Of a stretch of DNA of 64,000 nucleotides, positions 29,502 to 38,937 are shown in pieces. The DNA lies in the NCBI GenBank assembly GCA_977020255.1, contig CDROCS010000998.1:186001-250000 (forward strand), read 5' to 3'. The notes below the pieces were generated by a model. That model ran no database searches. It was given only the letters and a program-made list of their open reading frames with translations, and was not told the DNA's origin. A program made the translations under genes and the position numbers. Each line of letters begins with the position of its first letter. Positions within the stretch are counted from its first letter, which is position 1. The stretch comes from Obrimoposthia wandeli (lineage: Eukaryota).

Positions 29502-29776
29502 TCGTTCAAGCTGATAAATTTTTTGGCTTGTAGTTGAGTTAAAAACGCAGCAATGTCGTTTTTACCTTGTTCGGGTGCAACGTCATACTCATCGAGTATT
29601 GTTTCGAATATATTTGACAGTTGGGATGGGTTTTCTAGCAATTGCCAAATCCGAGCACCGATGTTATCGAGTTTGAAATACTTTCCGGTTTGGGTACACA
29701 TTAACACTACCTCACCATCAAGCACGCAGCTCACTTGGTTGGGGCTACGCTCGATAATGCTTGTTTGACTGATCAT
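29498..29776 (-). CDS. PqqD-family RiPP recognition element (lasso B1)
   Basis: LDGEVVLM...GKYFKLDNIGARIWQLL..YDV..DI.AFL.QL. Confidence 0.93.
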   Translation of the reverse strand: MISQTSIIERSPNQVSCVLDGEVVLMCTQTGKYFKLDNIGARIWQLLENPSQLSNIFETILDEYDVAPEQGKNDIAAFLTQLQAKKFISLNE

Positions 29777-29794
29777 TTGGTTTCCTTACAGTAG

Positions 29795-30655
29795 TTAGTC
29801 AATAACCTGATTATGGTCATCCAAGTAGCCAAATTGTCTCATGACCACCTGGTTGTGTTCTATGAAAAGGCTGACTTGCTGATCGCTCAGTTTTTCCCGC
29901 CAATCGCCGACAACACCACGGCGGAAAAAATGTTCTGCGCGCCCCGGCTTTTCATTAAAGCCATTAGCTTGCTCTTGGGCGACTAGCTTGCTAAAGCTCG
30001 TTTTATCTATAGCGCTTTGAATTTCCTGCTCACTGGCTTTAATTCCGGCAAAATGAAGCGCCTTGCCAAAGGTGTCTATAGGGGAAGCATGCATATCTTC
30101 ATAGCGAATAACACAGCAAGGCATATTGGGTGTTTGGGTCCAGCTCTGGACGTGCCCACTCCAGTCGAGCAGCCTCTGCTGTAACTGGGAAGCTTGCCTG
30201 TTTGGATGCGTACCAAAGCAATGATCTTTGTTCATCATCTGGTGCAGGGTTTTTTCAACATTGCCATGGCCGCTATGAAAAGCAAGGGATACACAGACAT
30301 CGAGCGGGTTGCGAATGATATAGATAGCACCGAGTGTCGCTTTGTTAGAAACCAGTGGTTCCCCTTGGTCAGTGTGGGTATAAGCATCGTGAATTTTGTG
30401 AAATCGAGGTTTATCGTACTGCCTGGCAGTGTGTTCATACACTCTAGGACGAAGTCGCTCAATTTCTTTCTCGGTCAGGTCGGCAGAATCATACCCGACT
30501 GCACTCTCAAACCAGTAGCGTGAGCTGGCTATTGAATGTGACTTTGGTGCGTTAATATTCAGTTCTGACTCTTTATTATCTAACGCATGTAAAAATAACC
30601 GGAACCAAGTGTTGCCAGATTTAGGGTATGAGGCCAGCCAGATAATTTTATTCAT
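29795..30655 (-). CDS. PAPS-dependent sulfotransferase
   Basis: IWLASYPKSGNTW (5'-PSB), IRNPLDVCVS (3'-PB), RYEDM, FFRRGVVGDW. Confidence 0.93.
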   Translation of the reverse strand: MNKIIWLASYPKSGNTWFRLFLHALDNKESELNINAPKSHSIASSRYWFESAVGYDSADLTEKEIERLRPRVYEHTARQYDKPRFHKIHDAYTHTDQGEPLVSNKATLGAIYIIRNPLDVCVSLAFHSGHGNVEKTLHQMMNKDHCFGTHPNRQASQLQQRLLDWSGHVQSWTQTPNMPCCVIRYEDMHASPIDTFGKALHFAGIKASEQEIQSAIDKTSFSKLVAQEQANGFNEKPGRAEHFFRRGVVGDWREKLSDQQVSLFIEHNQVVMRQFGYLDDHNQVID

Positions 30656-31572
30656 TGCACCGCCTCAGCCGCAACACAGGTGATCATCTCATCAAGATAA
30701 AATAGATTGTTACTTGGGCGTTTTAAATCAAAGGCAGTTATTTGCTGTACCAGCGCAATGCATTGTTTGAAATGCGTAATTTCCATACCATGACCAATAA
30801 TATATTGCTTGCGGTAGCTATGTGTTTTCAGGCATTCAATGATATCAGCCCCACGAAGCCGTGTGCATTGCACGGTGTCCCCGTTATAAGTACCGAGCTG
30901 GAACAGGTGGCTCAATGGCTTTGGTTCACGGCTAAATACAGGGTGGATAGGCATTTTTCGCTTAGATAATTCGGGTCTGATCCGTAACAGTGTCTCGGGG
31001 TCTTGGTTTAGTTGTTCCAGCGCGTCATGCCATAACTTGGTTTGCGGATAACCCGGATAAACCATTGCAAGGCCGTTGTTGTCGTTAGAAAACTTAATGA
31101 CGCAGAGATCGTCTCCGAGTAATTTGTATCCCCGTTGGCTGAAAGCCGTTGCCAAAGTCGATTTCCCCTGACCGGAATGGCCAACAAGGGTAATGCAATG
31201 GTCACCAACGTCGACCACACTGCCATGTAATACCAGCATGCCACGCTGTTGTAGCAAGGCCCCTAGCGCTGAACCGAGTAAAAAAAGACGGATGGAGTCG
31301 TGATCTGCCCCTGGGGCGGAGTCAATCAGGATCTCTTTACCGTCGCGAACTAAATAACGGGCAACATCATCGACAAGTAATAAAAATTCCCCAGGCTTGA
31401 CCTGATAACGAACACCGAAGGCTTTTGGGTTATCCAGCGTATCAGGGACTGGCGCAAAACGGATATTGACATCGGCCTCGCCGCTGAATTCGCCACTGAA
31501 AAGCTCGGGACATTCGAACTCAGAATCAATATTGAGTCCAAAGCAATAATAGGAATAGTGCTTATCGGTCAT
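30652..31572 (-). CDS. HPr-kinase-like kinase (paeninodin PadeK-type)
   Basis: LHGSVV (His), GHSGQGKSTLA P-loop, LLGDDL. Confidence 0.88.
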   Translation of the reverse strand: MTDKHYSYYCFGLNIDSEFECPELFSGEFSGEADVNIRFAPVPDTLDNPKAFGVRYQVKPGEFLLLVDDVARYLVRDGKEILIDSAPGADHDSIRLFLLGSALGALLQQRGMLVLHGSVVDVGDHCITLVGHSGQGKSTLATAFSQRGYKLLGDDLCVIKFSNDNNGLAMVYPGYPQTKLWHDALEQLNQDPETLLRIRPELSKRKMPIHPVFSREPKPLSHLFQLGTYNGDTVQCTRLRGADIIECLKTHSYRKQYIIGHGMEITHFKQCIALVQQITAFDLKRPSNNLFYLDEMITCVAAEAVQ

Positions 31573-31796
31573 GATCTTTTGTTATCTGTATGATATTAAG
31601 GTTAATAAATGTAACATTGGTCGTTGGTTATGCCAATAGTTTCTATTAAACTACGTGCACTATGTTGCTTTTGTTATACGGCTAGACCATATAACAACGT
31701 TAACTGGTGGACGAATTGAAACTTCACGCTTTGGCTTGATTAGGCTGATTACCTTGCTTGGCGGGCGATTGTTGATTGACTGTTAAGGGATTATAT

Positions 31797-33743
31797 ATGA
31801 GTGGAATCGGCGGTATCGTATTACCAGCAAGGCAAAAAATTGAATTGCAAGAATTGCAGCGAATGTCCAATGCATTGCGTCCTTATGGTCCTGACCGGCA
31901 ACAGGCCTTATTACGACCTGGTGTTGGCTTTCTTCATTGCCTTATGCGCATTACTCCGGAAGATTTTTTTGAGTATCAGCCTCTGGCGTCACCTTCTGGC
32001 ATTTTGTTATGCGCAGATGCCCGTATTGATAATCGTCAGGAATTAGCGGACAAGCTGTCCATTCATGCTTCTCAGCTGAAAACCTTACCTGATAGTCAGC
32101 TTATCATTAAGGCTTACGAGCAATGGGGAGAATCATGCCCTGAGCATCTACTGGGTGATTTTGCCTTTGCGATCTGGGATCCCCGTGAACAAAAGTTGTT
32201 TATGGCCCGGGACCATTTCGGTGTTCGTTCTCTTTATTACTCCCATAAAGGCGATTTTTTTGCCTTTGCCAATGATATGAAAGCGCTATTGGCTCTGCCG
32301 CAAATCAGTGACACGCTAGATCCGCAAAAGCTGGCCGAGTTTGCCGTGTTGATGCATGGCGACACTCATGCCTGTTTCTATCAAGATATCCGTAGGCTTC
32401 CTCCTGCCCATAGCTTGACCTTGGTGAACAACCAAGTTCGGCTTCATCGTTATTACAGGCTTGAAGAAAATGTGCGCGATATTCACTTTTCTAACGATAA
32501 GGAATATGGCGAGGCCTTAAAAGAGCAACTCAACCAAGCTGTTAAGTGTCGGCTGCGCAGCGCCTATCCAATCGGCAGCGAGCTGAGCGGAGGGTTAGAT
32601 TCTACCAGTGTAGCGGGTCTGGCGGCCATTGAACTGGCGAAACAAGGCACAACATTGAATACCTTTACCGCCGTTCCGCCGGTTAGGTATCAGGGTGCAA
32701 AGCGTCGGGGGTGGGATCTTGATGAGCGCCCTTATATTCAAGCCTTTGGTGATATGCATAATAATGTTAATACTCACTTGCTAGAGGTCGATCCTGCTGG
32801 GAAAAACCTCTTTTCATTACTGGACGATACATATCGTCGTCAGGGTTTTCCCAACCGTAATGTCACCTCGACGTGGCTGAATGAGTTGGGCCATATGGCG
32901 GCGGATAAAGGGATAAGGGTAATGCTTAATGGCGGAATGGGAAATTTGACCATTAGTTGGACAGGCCAGTGCCTTTACAGTGAGCTGTTGCAACAAGGAC
33001 GCTGGTTAACTTGGCTAAAGTCGGTAAATCAGGCGAGGCAAACGAAAAATACCTCGCTCAAATCCTTACTGGCAACTTCGTTAGTACCTTTTATTCCCGA
33101 TTCTCTATGGGGCCGTTATCGCCGCCTGCGAGATGGCTATCAACAACCGTGGGTACGATATTCGCTGCTCAATCCAGAAATGGCCAAGCAACAAAATATC
33201 GACACGCGTTTCGATGAGTTAAACTGGGATCCCTATTATCGTCGGCAGGTCAAAGGCCGTGATAGCCGGATCATTCAGCTTGAAAAAAGAAACTGTTTTG
33301 ATGCCCGTGACCAAAATAGTGCTAGGCGCTCACTTGTTGGTGTCGAACGCAGAGATCCTACCCGCGATAAACGGCTGGTTGAATTTTGTTTTGGCATTGA
33401 AGAAGCTGTTTATTGTCAAGGCGGCCAACAGCGGGCATTAATTCGACAAGCAATGCAGGGGGTTGTGCCGGAGGCAATACTGCAACGTCAAACCCGCGGA
33501 ATGCAACCGCCGAGTTATTCAAATCATTTTCATGAGTCACCTTCGCTACTTTGGCAACAATTCGCGCAACTAAAACAATCTGACTCAGCGAGTCAGTATT
33601 TGGATTTACCAAGAATGGAAACAATGTTGCGTCGTGCTTTGGAGGGAAAAGCAGCAGCGTCTGAGTCGGCTATGCTGAAGATGACCCTGGAGCGAGCCTA
33701 TTCTGTTGGGGGCTTTATCTGCCACAATGAAAGTAAAAATTAG
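31797..33743 (+). CDS. lasso peptide cyclase C (asparagine-synthetase-like isopeptide synthase)
   Basis: Starts MSGIGG (Ser where AsnB has catalytic Cys); LSGGLDS ATP motif; ERRDP..DKRLVEFC. Track start 31776. Confidence 0.9.
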   Translation: MSGIGGIVLPARQKIELQELQRMSNALRPYGPDRQQALLRPGVGFLHCLMRITPEDFFEYQPLASPSGILLCADARIDNRQELADKLSIHASQLKTLPDSQLIIKAYEQWGESCPEHLLGDFAFAIWDPREQKLFMARDHFGVRSLYYSHKGDFFAFANDMKALLALPQISDTLDPQKLAEFAVLMHGDTHACFYQDIRRLPPAHSLTLVNNQVRLHRYYRLEENVRDIHFSNDKEYGEALKEQLNQAVKCRLRSAYPIGSELSGGLDSTSVAGLAAIELAKQGTTLNTFTAVPPVRYQGAKRRGWDLDERPYIQAFGDMHNNVNTHLLEVDPAGKNLFSLLDDTYRRQGFPNRNVTSTWLNELGHMAADKGIRVMLNGGMGNLTISWTGQCLYSELLQQGRWLTWLKSVNQARQTKNTSLKSLLATSLVPFIPDSLWGRYRRLRDGYQQPWVRYSLLNPEMAKQQNIDTRFDELNWDPYYRRQVKGRDSRIIQLEKRNCFDARDQNSARRSLVGVERRDPTRDKRLVEFCFGIEEAVYCQGGQQRALIRQAMQGVVPEAILQRQTRGMQPPSYSNHFHESPSLLWQQFAQLKQSDSASQYLDLPRMETMLRRALEGKAAASESAMLKMTLERAYSVGGFICHNESKN

Positions 33744-33890
33744 TAAGTAAAATAAATGGTTTGCCCTGTTGTAAATAGCGAGAATCAATCTACACAAATG
33801 CATTTATACAGGGCGAGCCAACAGCAAGAGGGTTCAAAATGTAAGTTCACCCTACTACTTAAGAGTAAACTTATTTACGGGGTCTGTTAC

Positions 33891-34013
33891 CTAGGAACTC
33901 ATTGAAGAGGAATCAGCACCTGGACCAGCATTGCTCTTTGTCTCAAGTTCCAGCATTTCTTGTAGTTCGGGCTTTATCCAAGCTTGCTTTGTCTGTTGTT
34001 GTACTTTGTCCAT
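33891..34013 (-). CDS. lasso peptide precursor A, 40 aa: MDKVQQQTKQAWIKPELQEMLELETK-SNAGPGADSSSMSS
   Basis: Hand-translated; GAGG RBS; WxxPxL leader box; Thr at -2; core Ser1 with Asp8; C-terminal Ser. Not in the ORF track. Confidence 0.9.
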   Translation of the reverse strand: MDKVQQQTKQAWIKPELQEMLELETKSNAGPGADSSSMSS

Positions 34014-34181
34014 TTTTATACCTCGTTGGTTTAGTTAATATGGTCAATAAGCCATAACAAATAATTTAAAATTAAAACATACCACTAGCTATTGTCTTGT
34101 TGCTTCTTTGTTGTGTCAATGTTGTTTTGTGGTGCTATGTCCTGCTTTTTAATAATTATTTTGCTATGATTTTCATTCTTT

Positions 34182-35192
34182 ATGACAGGATGTCGTGTTA
34201 TGCCGCTTGATACACCCAATTCTCTTCCCGTTACTGCCGTTCCCGATGCCAAAGTCTCTATACGTGATGTATTTGGCATCGACAGCGACATGCAGGTGAT
34301 GGGGTTTACCCAACCTTGTGCCGGTGTGCCTGCCAAAATTGAGGGGTATGCTTTTGATCGGGAAACGACACTGGCCGTTCTCGCGGCTTTTAGCCATAAC
34401 CGCCGGGTCATGTTGCAAGGGCTGCACGGCACAGGAAAATCATCGCATATTGAGCAAGTGGCCGCACGACTGAACTGGCCCTGCCTTCGGGTAAACCTCG
34501 ACAGCAATATCAGCCGGTTGGACTTAATCGGTCGTGATGCCATCGTAGTAGAAAACGGCCAACAAATAACCGCCTTTCAAGAAGGGATACTGCCCTGGGC
34601 GATGCAGCGCCCGACCGCATTGATTTTCGATGAATATGACGCCGGCCGCCCAGATGTGATGTTCGTCTTGCAGCGCCTGCTGGAAAACGAAGGCCAGCTA
34701 ACGCTGCTAGAACAAAATAGGGTGATCGACTCTCATCCCTATTTTCGGTTATTTGCTACCGCCAATACCATCGGACTTGGCGATACCACAGGCCTGTACC
34801 ATGGTACCCAGCAATTGAATCAGGCGCAGATGGACCGCTGGCACATTGTTAGTACCCTCAACTTTCTGCCTTTTAAGCAGGAATTAGGGATCCTCGAAAA
34901 CCAGTTATCAAACATTACGCCAGAACAACAAGCCGTATTGGGCAATATGGTGGCAATGGCACAACTAACCCGAGAAGGCTTTAAACATGGTGATATCTCT
35001 ACATTGATGTCGTTGCGTACCCTGTTGGCCTGGGCCGAGAACTATCAGATTTTTGGTGATCTGGAGCTGGCTTTTAAATTTTCCTTTCTCAATCGCTGCG
35101 ACGAAGAGGAACGGGTGATCATCGGTGAATATTACCAACGCAGTTTTGATTACCCATTGCCAGAGCCAAGCGGAGCGCTGACTTTTGCTTAA
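34182..35192 (+). CDS. cobS: CobS-like AAA+ ATPase
   Basis: GLHGTGKSSHIEQVAARLNWPCLRVNLD, DEYDAGRPDVMFV, LYHGTQQLNQAQMDRW. Confidence 0.92.
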   Translation: MTGCRVMPLDTPNSLPVTAVPDAKVSIRDVFGIDSDMQVMGFTQPCAGVPAKIEGYAFDRETTLAVLAAFSHNRRVMLQGLHGTGKSSHIEQVAARLNWPCLRVNLDSNISRLDLIGRDAIVVENGQQITAFQEGILPWAMQRPTALIFDEYDAGRPDVMFVLQRLLENEGQLTLLEQNRVIDSHPYFRLFATANTIGLGDTTGLYHGTQQLNQAQMDRWHIVSTLNFLPFKQELGILENQLSNITPEQQAVLGNMVAMAQLTREGFKHGDISTLMSLRTLLAWAENYQIFGDLELAFKFSFLNRCDEEERVIIGEYYQRSFDYPLPEPSGALTFA

Positions 35193-36828
35193 ATCAACCA
35201 AGGTTACGGCAGAAAACGAGTCAACGACCAAACAACTGGCGAGTCTTACCGCTAGCAGGCGGGCGCTGGCAGGAAGTTGCAACCTTGACAGCAACGATCT
35301 GCTAACGCGACTACTAGGATCAGCGCTACCCTTACCATCCCTGACCTTGCACCGTGCGACAGCCGATATGGCCGGATTATGGCAGCGCCATCATGATCTC
35401 TTGATTGCCCAACAGCTAAAGCAGCGTTTGGGAGATCACCAGAGCCTATTGTGGATCGAGTGGCTGCGCATTGAAGCTTTGGGGGCACGGCAGCTCAATG
35501 GATTACGGGCCAATACCGCTGTCTTATTTGATTTTTTACTGGTTCAGCAAGCAGGTGGGGATATTGGCCGCCTGCTGGAACTGTTATTACCGTTACGCCG
35601 TAGCCTTAATAACTTAACTTGCGGTCTTGTGACGGCAGATGTGAATGTGGACATTGTTTTCACTGTGAATGAAAGCGAATGCTTGAATCAACTCATCAAT
35701 GATCAATCGGCTTTTGCAGAAGCGGCTTTCATCGCGCTGAATTTTGATAGCTCAGGAGTAAGTGATAGCAATATATCTGCCATCACCCAATCGGCAGAAA
35801 ACCCCGAGCAAGATCCTTTCTCGGAAGAAGAAAATAACGAGCCACAAGCTGATCCCGATATTGAATATGATGAGCAGGCTATCGAAGCGGCCTCGCAACC
35901 TATACCTGAAATTAATCACGCGTTCTCTAGTGATTATCGGATCTTCAGCACCCATTACGATCGCCAAATTGATGCGAACGAATATGCCCAGCAGCAGGGG
36001 CTGAGCTATTCTGAAACGCAGGATGAATATCGTCAATTAGTTAGCCGACTGGCCAATCGTTTGCAACGTCGTATTCAAGCGCTACAGCGACGTCAGTGGG
36101 AGCATGATCTCGACGATGGGCGACTTGATCCCGGCCGCCTGGCACGTGTGGTTGTCTCCCCACTGTCGGCCAGACCCTATAAAAAAGAACGAGAATCGCT
36201 ATTTAAAGAAACCGTGATCACTTTGCTGGTGGATAATTCCGGCTCGATGAAAGGGGAATCGAGCCACATCGCTTATCAGAGTTGCAGTATTATCGCTCAG
36301 TCACTGGAACGCTGCGGGATCAAAGTTGAAGTATTAGGTTTTACCACCGCACAACATAATCAACCGTTACTAGACTGGCAGGCCGCAGGCAGGCCAGAAT
36401 TACCCGGGCGGTTAAATGCGCTAAGACATATTGTTTACAAAACAGCAGACTGTAAATTCCGGCGAGCTCGTGGCGGTTTATCATTGATGCTCAATGAATC
36501 GTGGTTACAGGAAAACATCGATGGTGAGGCCCTGTTATGGGCTTATCAGCGATTGCTGGCAAGGCGTGAACCGAGGCGGATCCTGCTAACAATATCAGAT
36601 GGCAAGCCAATGGATCAGCCGACTCTCCAAGAGAATGATCAGCGCATGCTTGAGCAGCACCTGCATCAAGTGATCAAGGGGATAGAACAAGACGACCGGG
36701 TAGAATTGGCGGCCATCGGCATCGGTCATGATGTTGCGCGATATTACGCTAATGCAATAACAATTTATAACACCAGAGAATTGGGAGAGGTGTTACTAAA
36801 ACAGCTGGAGCAGCTTTTTCTTCGTTAA
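35185..36828 (+). CDS. cobT: CobT-like VWA-domain protein
   Basis: Acidic linker; G.LDPGRLAR, LLVDNSGSM (MIDAS), VEVLGFTT, ENIDGEAL.WA, ISDGKPMD, AIGIGHDV.RYY. Confidence 0.88.
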   Translation: MLKSTKVTAENESTTKQLASLTASRRALAGSCNLDSNDLLTRLLGSALPLPSLTLHRATADMAGLWQRHHDLLIAQQLKQRLGDHQSLLWIEWLRIEALGARQLNGLRANTAVLFDFLLVQQAGGDIGRLLELLLPLRRSLNNLTCGLVTADVNVDIVFTVNESECLNQLINDQSAFAEAAFIALNFDSSGVSDSNISAITQSAENPEQDPFSEEENNEPQADPDIEYDEQAIEAASQPIPEINHAFSSDYRIFSTHYDRQIDANEYAQQQGLSYSETQDEYRQLVSRLANRLQRRIQALQRRQWEHDLDDGRLDPGRLARVVVSPLSARPYKKERESLFKETVITLLVDNSGSMKGESSHIAYQSCSIIAQSLERCGIKVEVLGFTTAQHNQPLLDWQAAGRPELPGRLNALRHIVYKTADCKFRRARGGLSLMLNESWLQENIDGEALLWAYQRLLARREPRRILLTISDGKPMDQPTLQENDQRMLEQHLHQVIKGIEQDDRVELAAIGIGHDVARYYANAITIYNTRELGEVLLKQLEQLFLR

Positions 36829-36854
36829 CTGAGGGCTTTGTTGCAATAATAACG

Positions 36855-37643
36855 CTATGCGATCTTTTGAACTTTTTTCGACCGCATAAACTGGCTTGGT
36901 GTATCACCTAAATGTTGCTTAAAAAAACTGATAAAAGCACTGTCACTCGAAAAATCCAACGCAAAAGCCACATCAGAAACACTCTTACCTTCCGCTAATT
37001 GCTCTATCGCACCATGTAACCGCCATTGCTGTCGCCACGCTTGATAAGGCATGCCTGTTTGCTTGGTAAAAATACGGGTAATTGTTTTTTCGCTGGCACC
37101 AATCTCGTGCGCCATTTGATTCAGCGGTTGAGGGTTTTGACTACCTGATTGCAATAACGCTAACCATTGGATCAATCGGCCATCGGTTGGCAATGTTAAC
37201 TGCAATGATTGCTCGGGCGCTGCTGTTAACTCTTCAATAAATAACGAAGAAATATTATTCTGCAGCTGTGCTGGCATATCCCACTCCCACATTGCCATTC
37301 TTTCGATAAGCGCTTGCAGCAATGTATTAACCCCAATAATTTTCATCCTACTTGGCAGTTCTGGGAAGGCAGCAACATCAAAATACACCGAACGATACGC
37401 GACAACGTTACGCATTTGAGCACAATGAACAGTACCCGCTGGTATCCAAGCCGCTCTTGTTGGCGGTAACACGCACTGCTTATTATCTAACGTAATTGTC
37501 ATACACCCTACAGGGGCATATAAAAGTTGTGCTTTTTGATGTTGGTGCATACCCGAATCATGACGACCAACATCGGCAGCAATACCAATTATCTGCGTAT
37601 CTATATCATCGACATTAAATCTAGAATCATGGTCAATAATCAT
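36855..37643 (-). CDS. AraC-family regulator (cupin + HTH)
   Basis: H.HQKAQL cupin, PPTRAAWIP, C-terminal WRQQWRL..A..L..LDFSSDSAF..F. Confidence 0.92.
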   Translation of the reverse strand: MIIDHDSRFNVDDIDTQIIGIAADVGRHDSGMHQHQKAQLLYAPVGCMTITLDNKQCVLPPTRAAWIPAGTVHCAQMRNVVAYRSVYFDVAAFPELPSRMKIIGVNTLLQALIERMAMWEWDMPAQLQNNISSLFIEELTAAPEQSLQLTLPTDGRLIQWLALLQSGSQNPQPLNQMAHEIGASEKTITRIFTKQTGMPYQAWRQQWRLHGAIEQLAEGKSVSDVAFALDFSSDSAFISFFKQHLGDTPSQFMRSKKVQKIA

Positions 37644-37781
37644 CGTTGAAGTCCAGTTTTTGATGTTTTAGTTTATTATTATTATAACCGGACAAGCTTA
37701 CTATCACTATACCAGCTTACCCTATTCAGTTTTTTCTCTACGATAAAACAAATCTCTTTTGATATATTTTTAAAACAACAC

Positions 37782-37810
37782 TAGACCGACCGGTCTATAG
37801 CGTGTATTCT
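37782..37810 (+). promoter_or_regulatory. NemR-type TetR operator TAGACC-N4-GGTCTA overlapping a sigma70 promoter
   Basis: Perfect 6-4-6 palindrome at 37782-37797; TAGACC-17nt-TATTCT. Confidence 0.7.
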
Positions 37811-37952
37811 GTTGTCAATTCAGTATCGAGGTGAGTTATAAAAAATAAAACATTCGCTCTCACCGGAAGATAACGATTTTAAAACGGTAATCATGAGTAT
37901 TGCTGGCAAGTAATTGGTAACCGAACTTTCACTACTTATAGAGAATATAACT

Positions 37953-38396
37953 ATGTTAGAACGATTTTTTGAGAAAACAATGAAAGCCTATTTATTAGTG
38001 ACAGGCTTTCTTACCGCAACGGCATTTTCAACCTTTTTAGCACCTGAATGGAGCATGCAGAATCTCTTCTTCTACAACGAAGAAATGATGATAAATAAAG
38101 AATACCTTCAAGCCACATACCAGCATTGGGGCGTTATGGTTGGCTCTATTGGTGTGTTACTCATGTTCTCGGCTAAATATAAACAGTTACGTACTTCAAC
38201 CATGATTTACAGTGCATTCGAAAAGTCGATGTTTGTGGGGTTATTCCTCTACAATGTGTGTGTGAATGATTACCAATGGTTCTATGGCTGGAGTGGTGTA
38301 TTTGCATTAGATGGTTTTGTTACCGTGTATTCGCTCGCTTACTTGTATTATTACATCAACCGAGATAAGTCGAAAACCCCCGCTCACCTGCGTTAA
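37953..38396 (+). CDS. 4-TM membrane hypothetical protein
   Basis: Hydrophobic helices, QHWGVMVG and EKSMFV segments. Track start 37914. Confidence 0.75.
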   Translation: MLERFFEKTMKAYLLVTGFLTATAFSTFLAPEWSMQNLFFYNEEMMINKEYLQATYQHWGVMVGSIGVLLMFSAKYKQLRTSTMIYSAFEKSMFVGLFLYNVCVNDYQWFYGWSGVFALDGFVTVYSLAYLYYYINRDKSKTPAHLR

Positions 38397-38444
38397 TTGA
38401 CATCATCATGCAATCATTCAACTTACAGTTCTGAATGTAACCTC

Positions 38445-38478
38445 AAAGCCTAGTTGGAATATTCCATCTAGGTTTTTG
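38445..38478 (+). terminator. intrinsic terminator
   Basis: AAAGCCTAG..GGAAT/ATTCC..CTAGGTTTT stem with T-run. Confidence 0.6.
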
Positions 38479-38643
38479 TTTTATCCCCGTCAACTTTAAT
38501 AATGCCTCACCTAGAGAGCAACCATATTATATTCATTCATCACAACCGCTATCCAAACGTATATTCGATTCATACCCGCCGCAATGTTATAAGAACGTAA
38601 TAGGTACGTACGGCCGTTGAATATCCTTCCTACAGCACGTAAT

Positions 38644-38674
38644 AAAAAACCAGCAGCGATACGCTACTGGTTTT
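38644..38674 (-). terminator. probable terminator downstream of sulfatase maturase
   Basis: AAAACCAG.AGCG/CGCT.CTGGTTTT stem; A-run on plus gives U-tract on minus. Confidence 0.55.
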
Positions 38675-38937
38675 AACTATTATCAACGTTTTTTTCGTAA
38701 AGAGGCAAAACCTATTTAGTAAGTAACCCCTAATGAACAAAATTAATAGCATCAGGTATCAAACTTTCAATGGAAATATACTGATTAAAATTAAGTAGCA
38801 GAAACCCAAAATAATTCAGCCCACTCCACAATAAAATAGGCAGAAATAACAAGCTAAAGGTACGTGTATCACTTTGATTAAAAAGTTTATAAAGCAATAT
38901 GTAACTTAGAATACCAATAATAACAGGGGCAATAAAC

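Noticed and set aside
31776-33743. Asparagine synthetase AsnB
   Set aside because: Lacks the N-terminal catalytic Cys (MSGIGG) and sits with B1, B2 and a precursor, so a lasso cyclase fits better.
34182-36828. Cobalamin biosynthesis locus
   Set aside because: No cobN or other cob/cbi genes in the window; kept only as an orphan AAA+/VWA pair.
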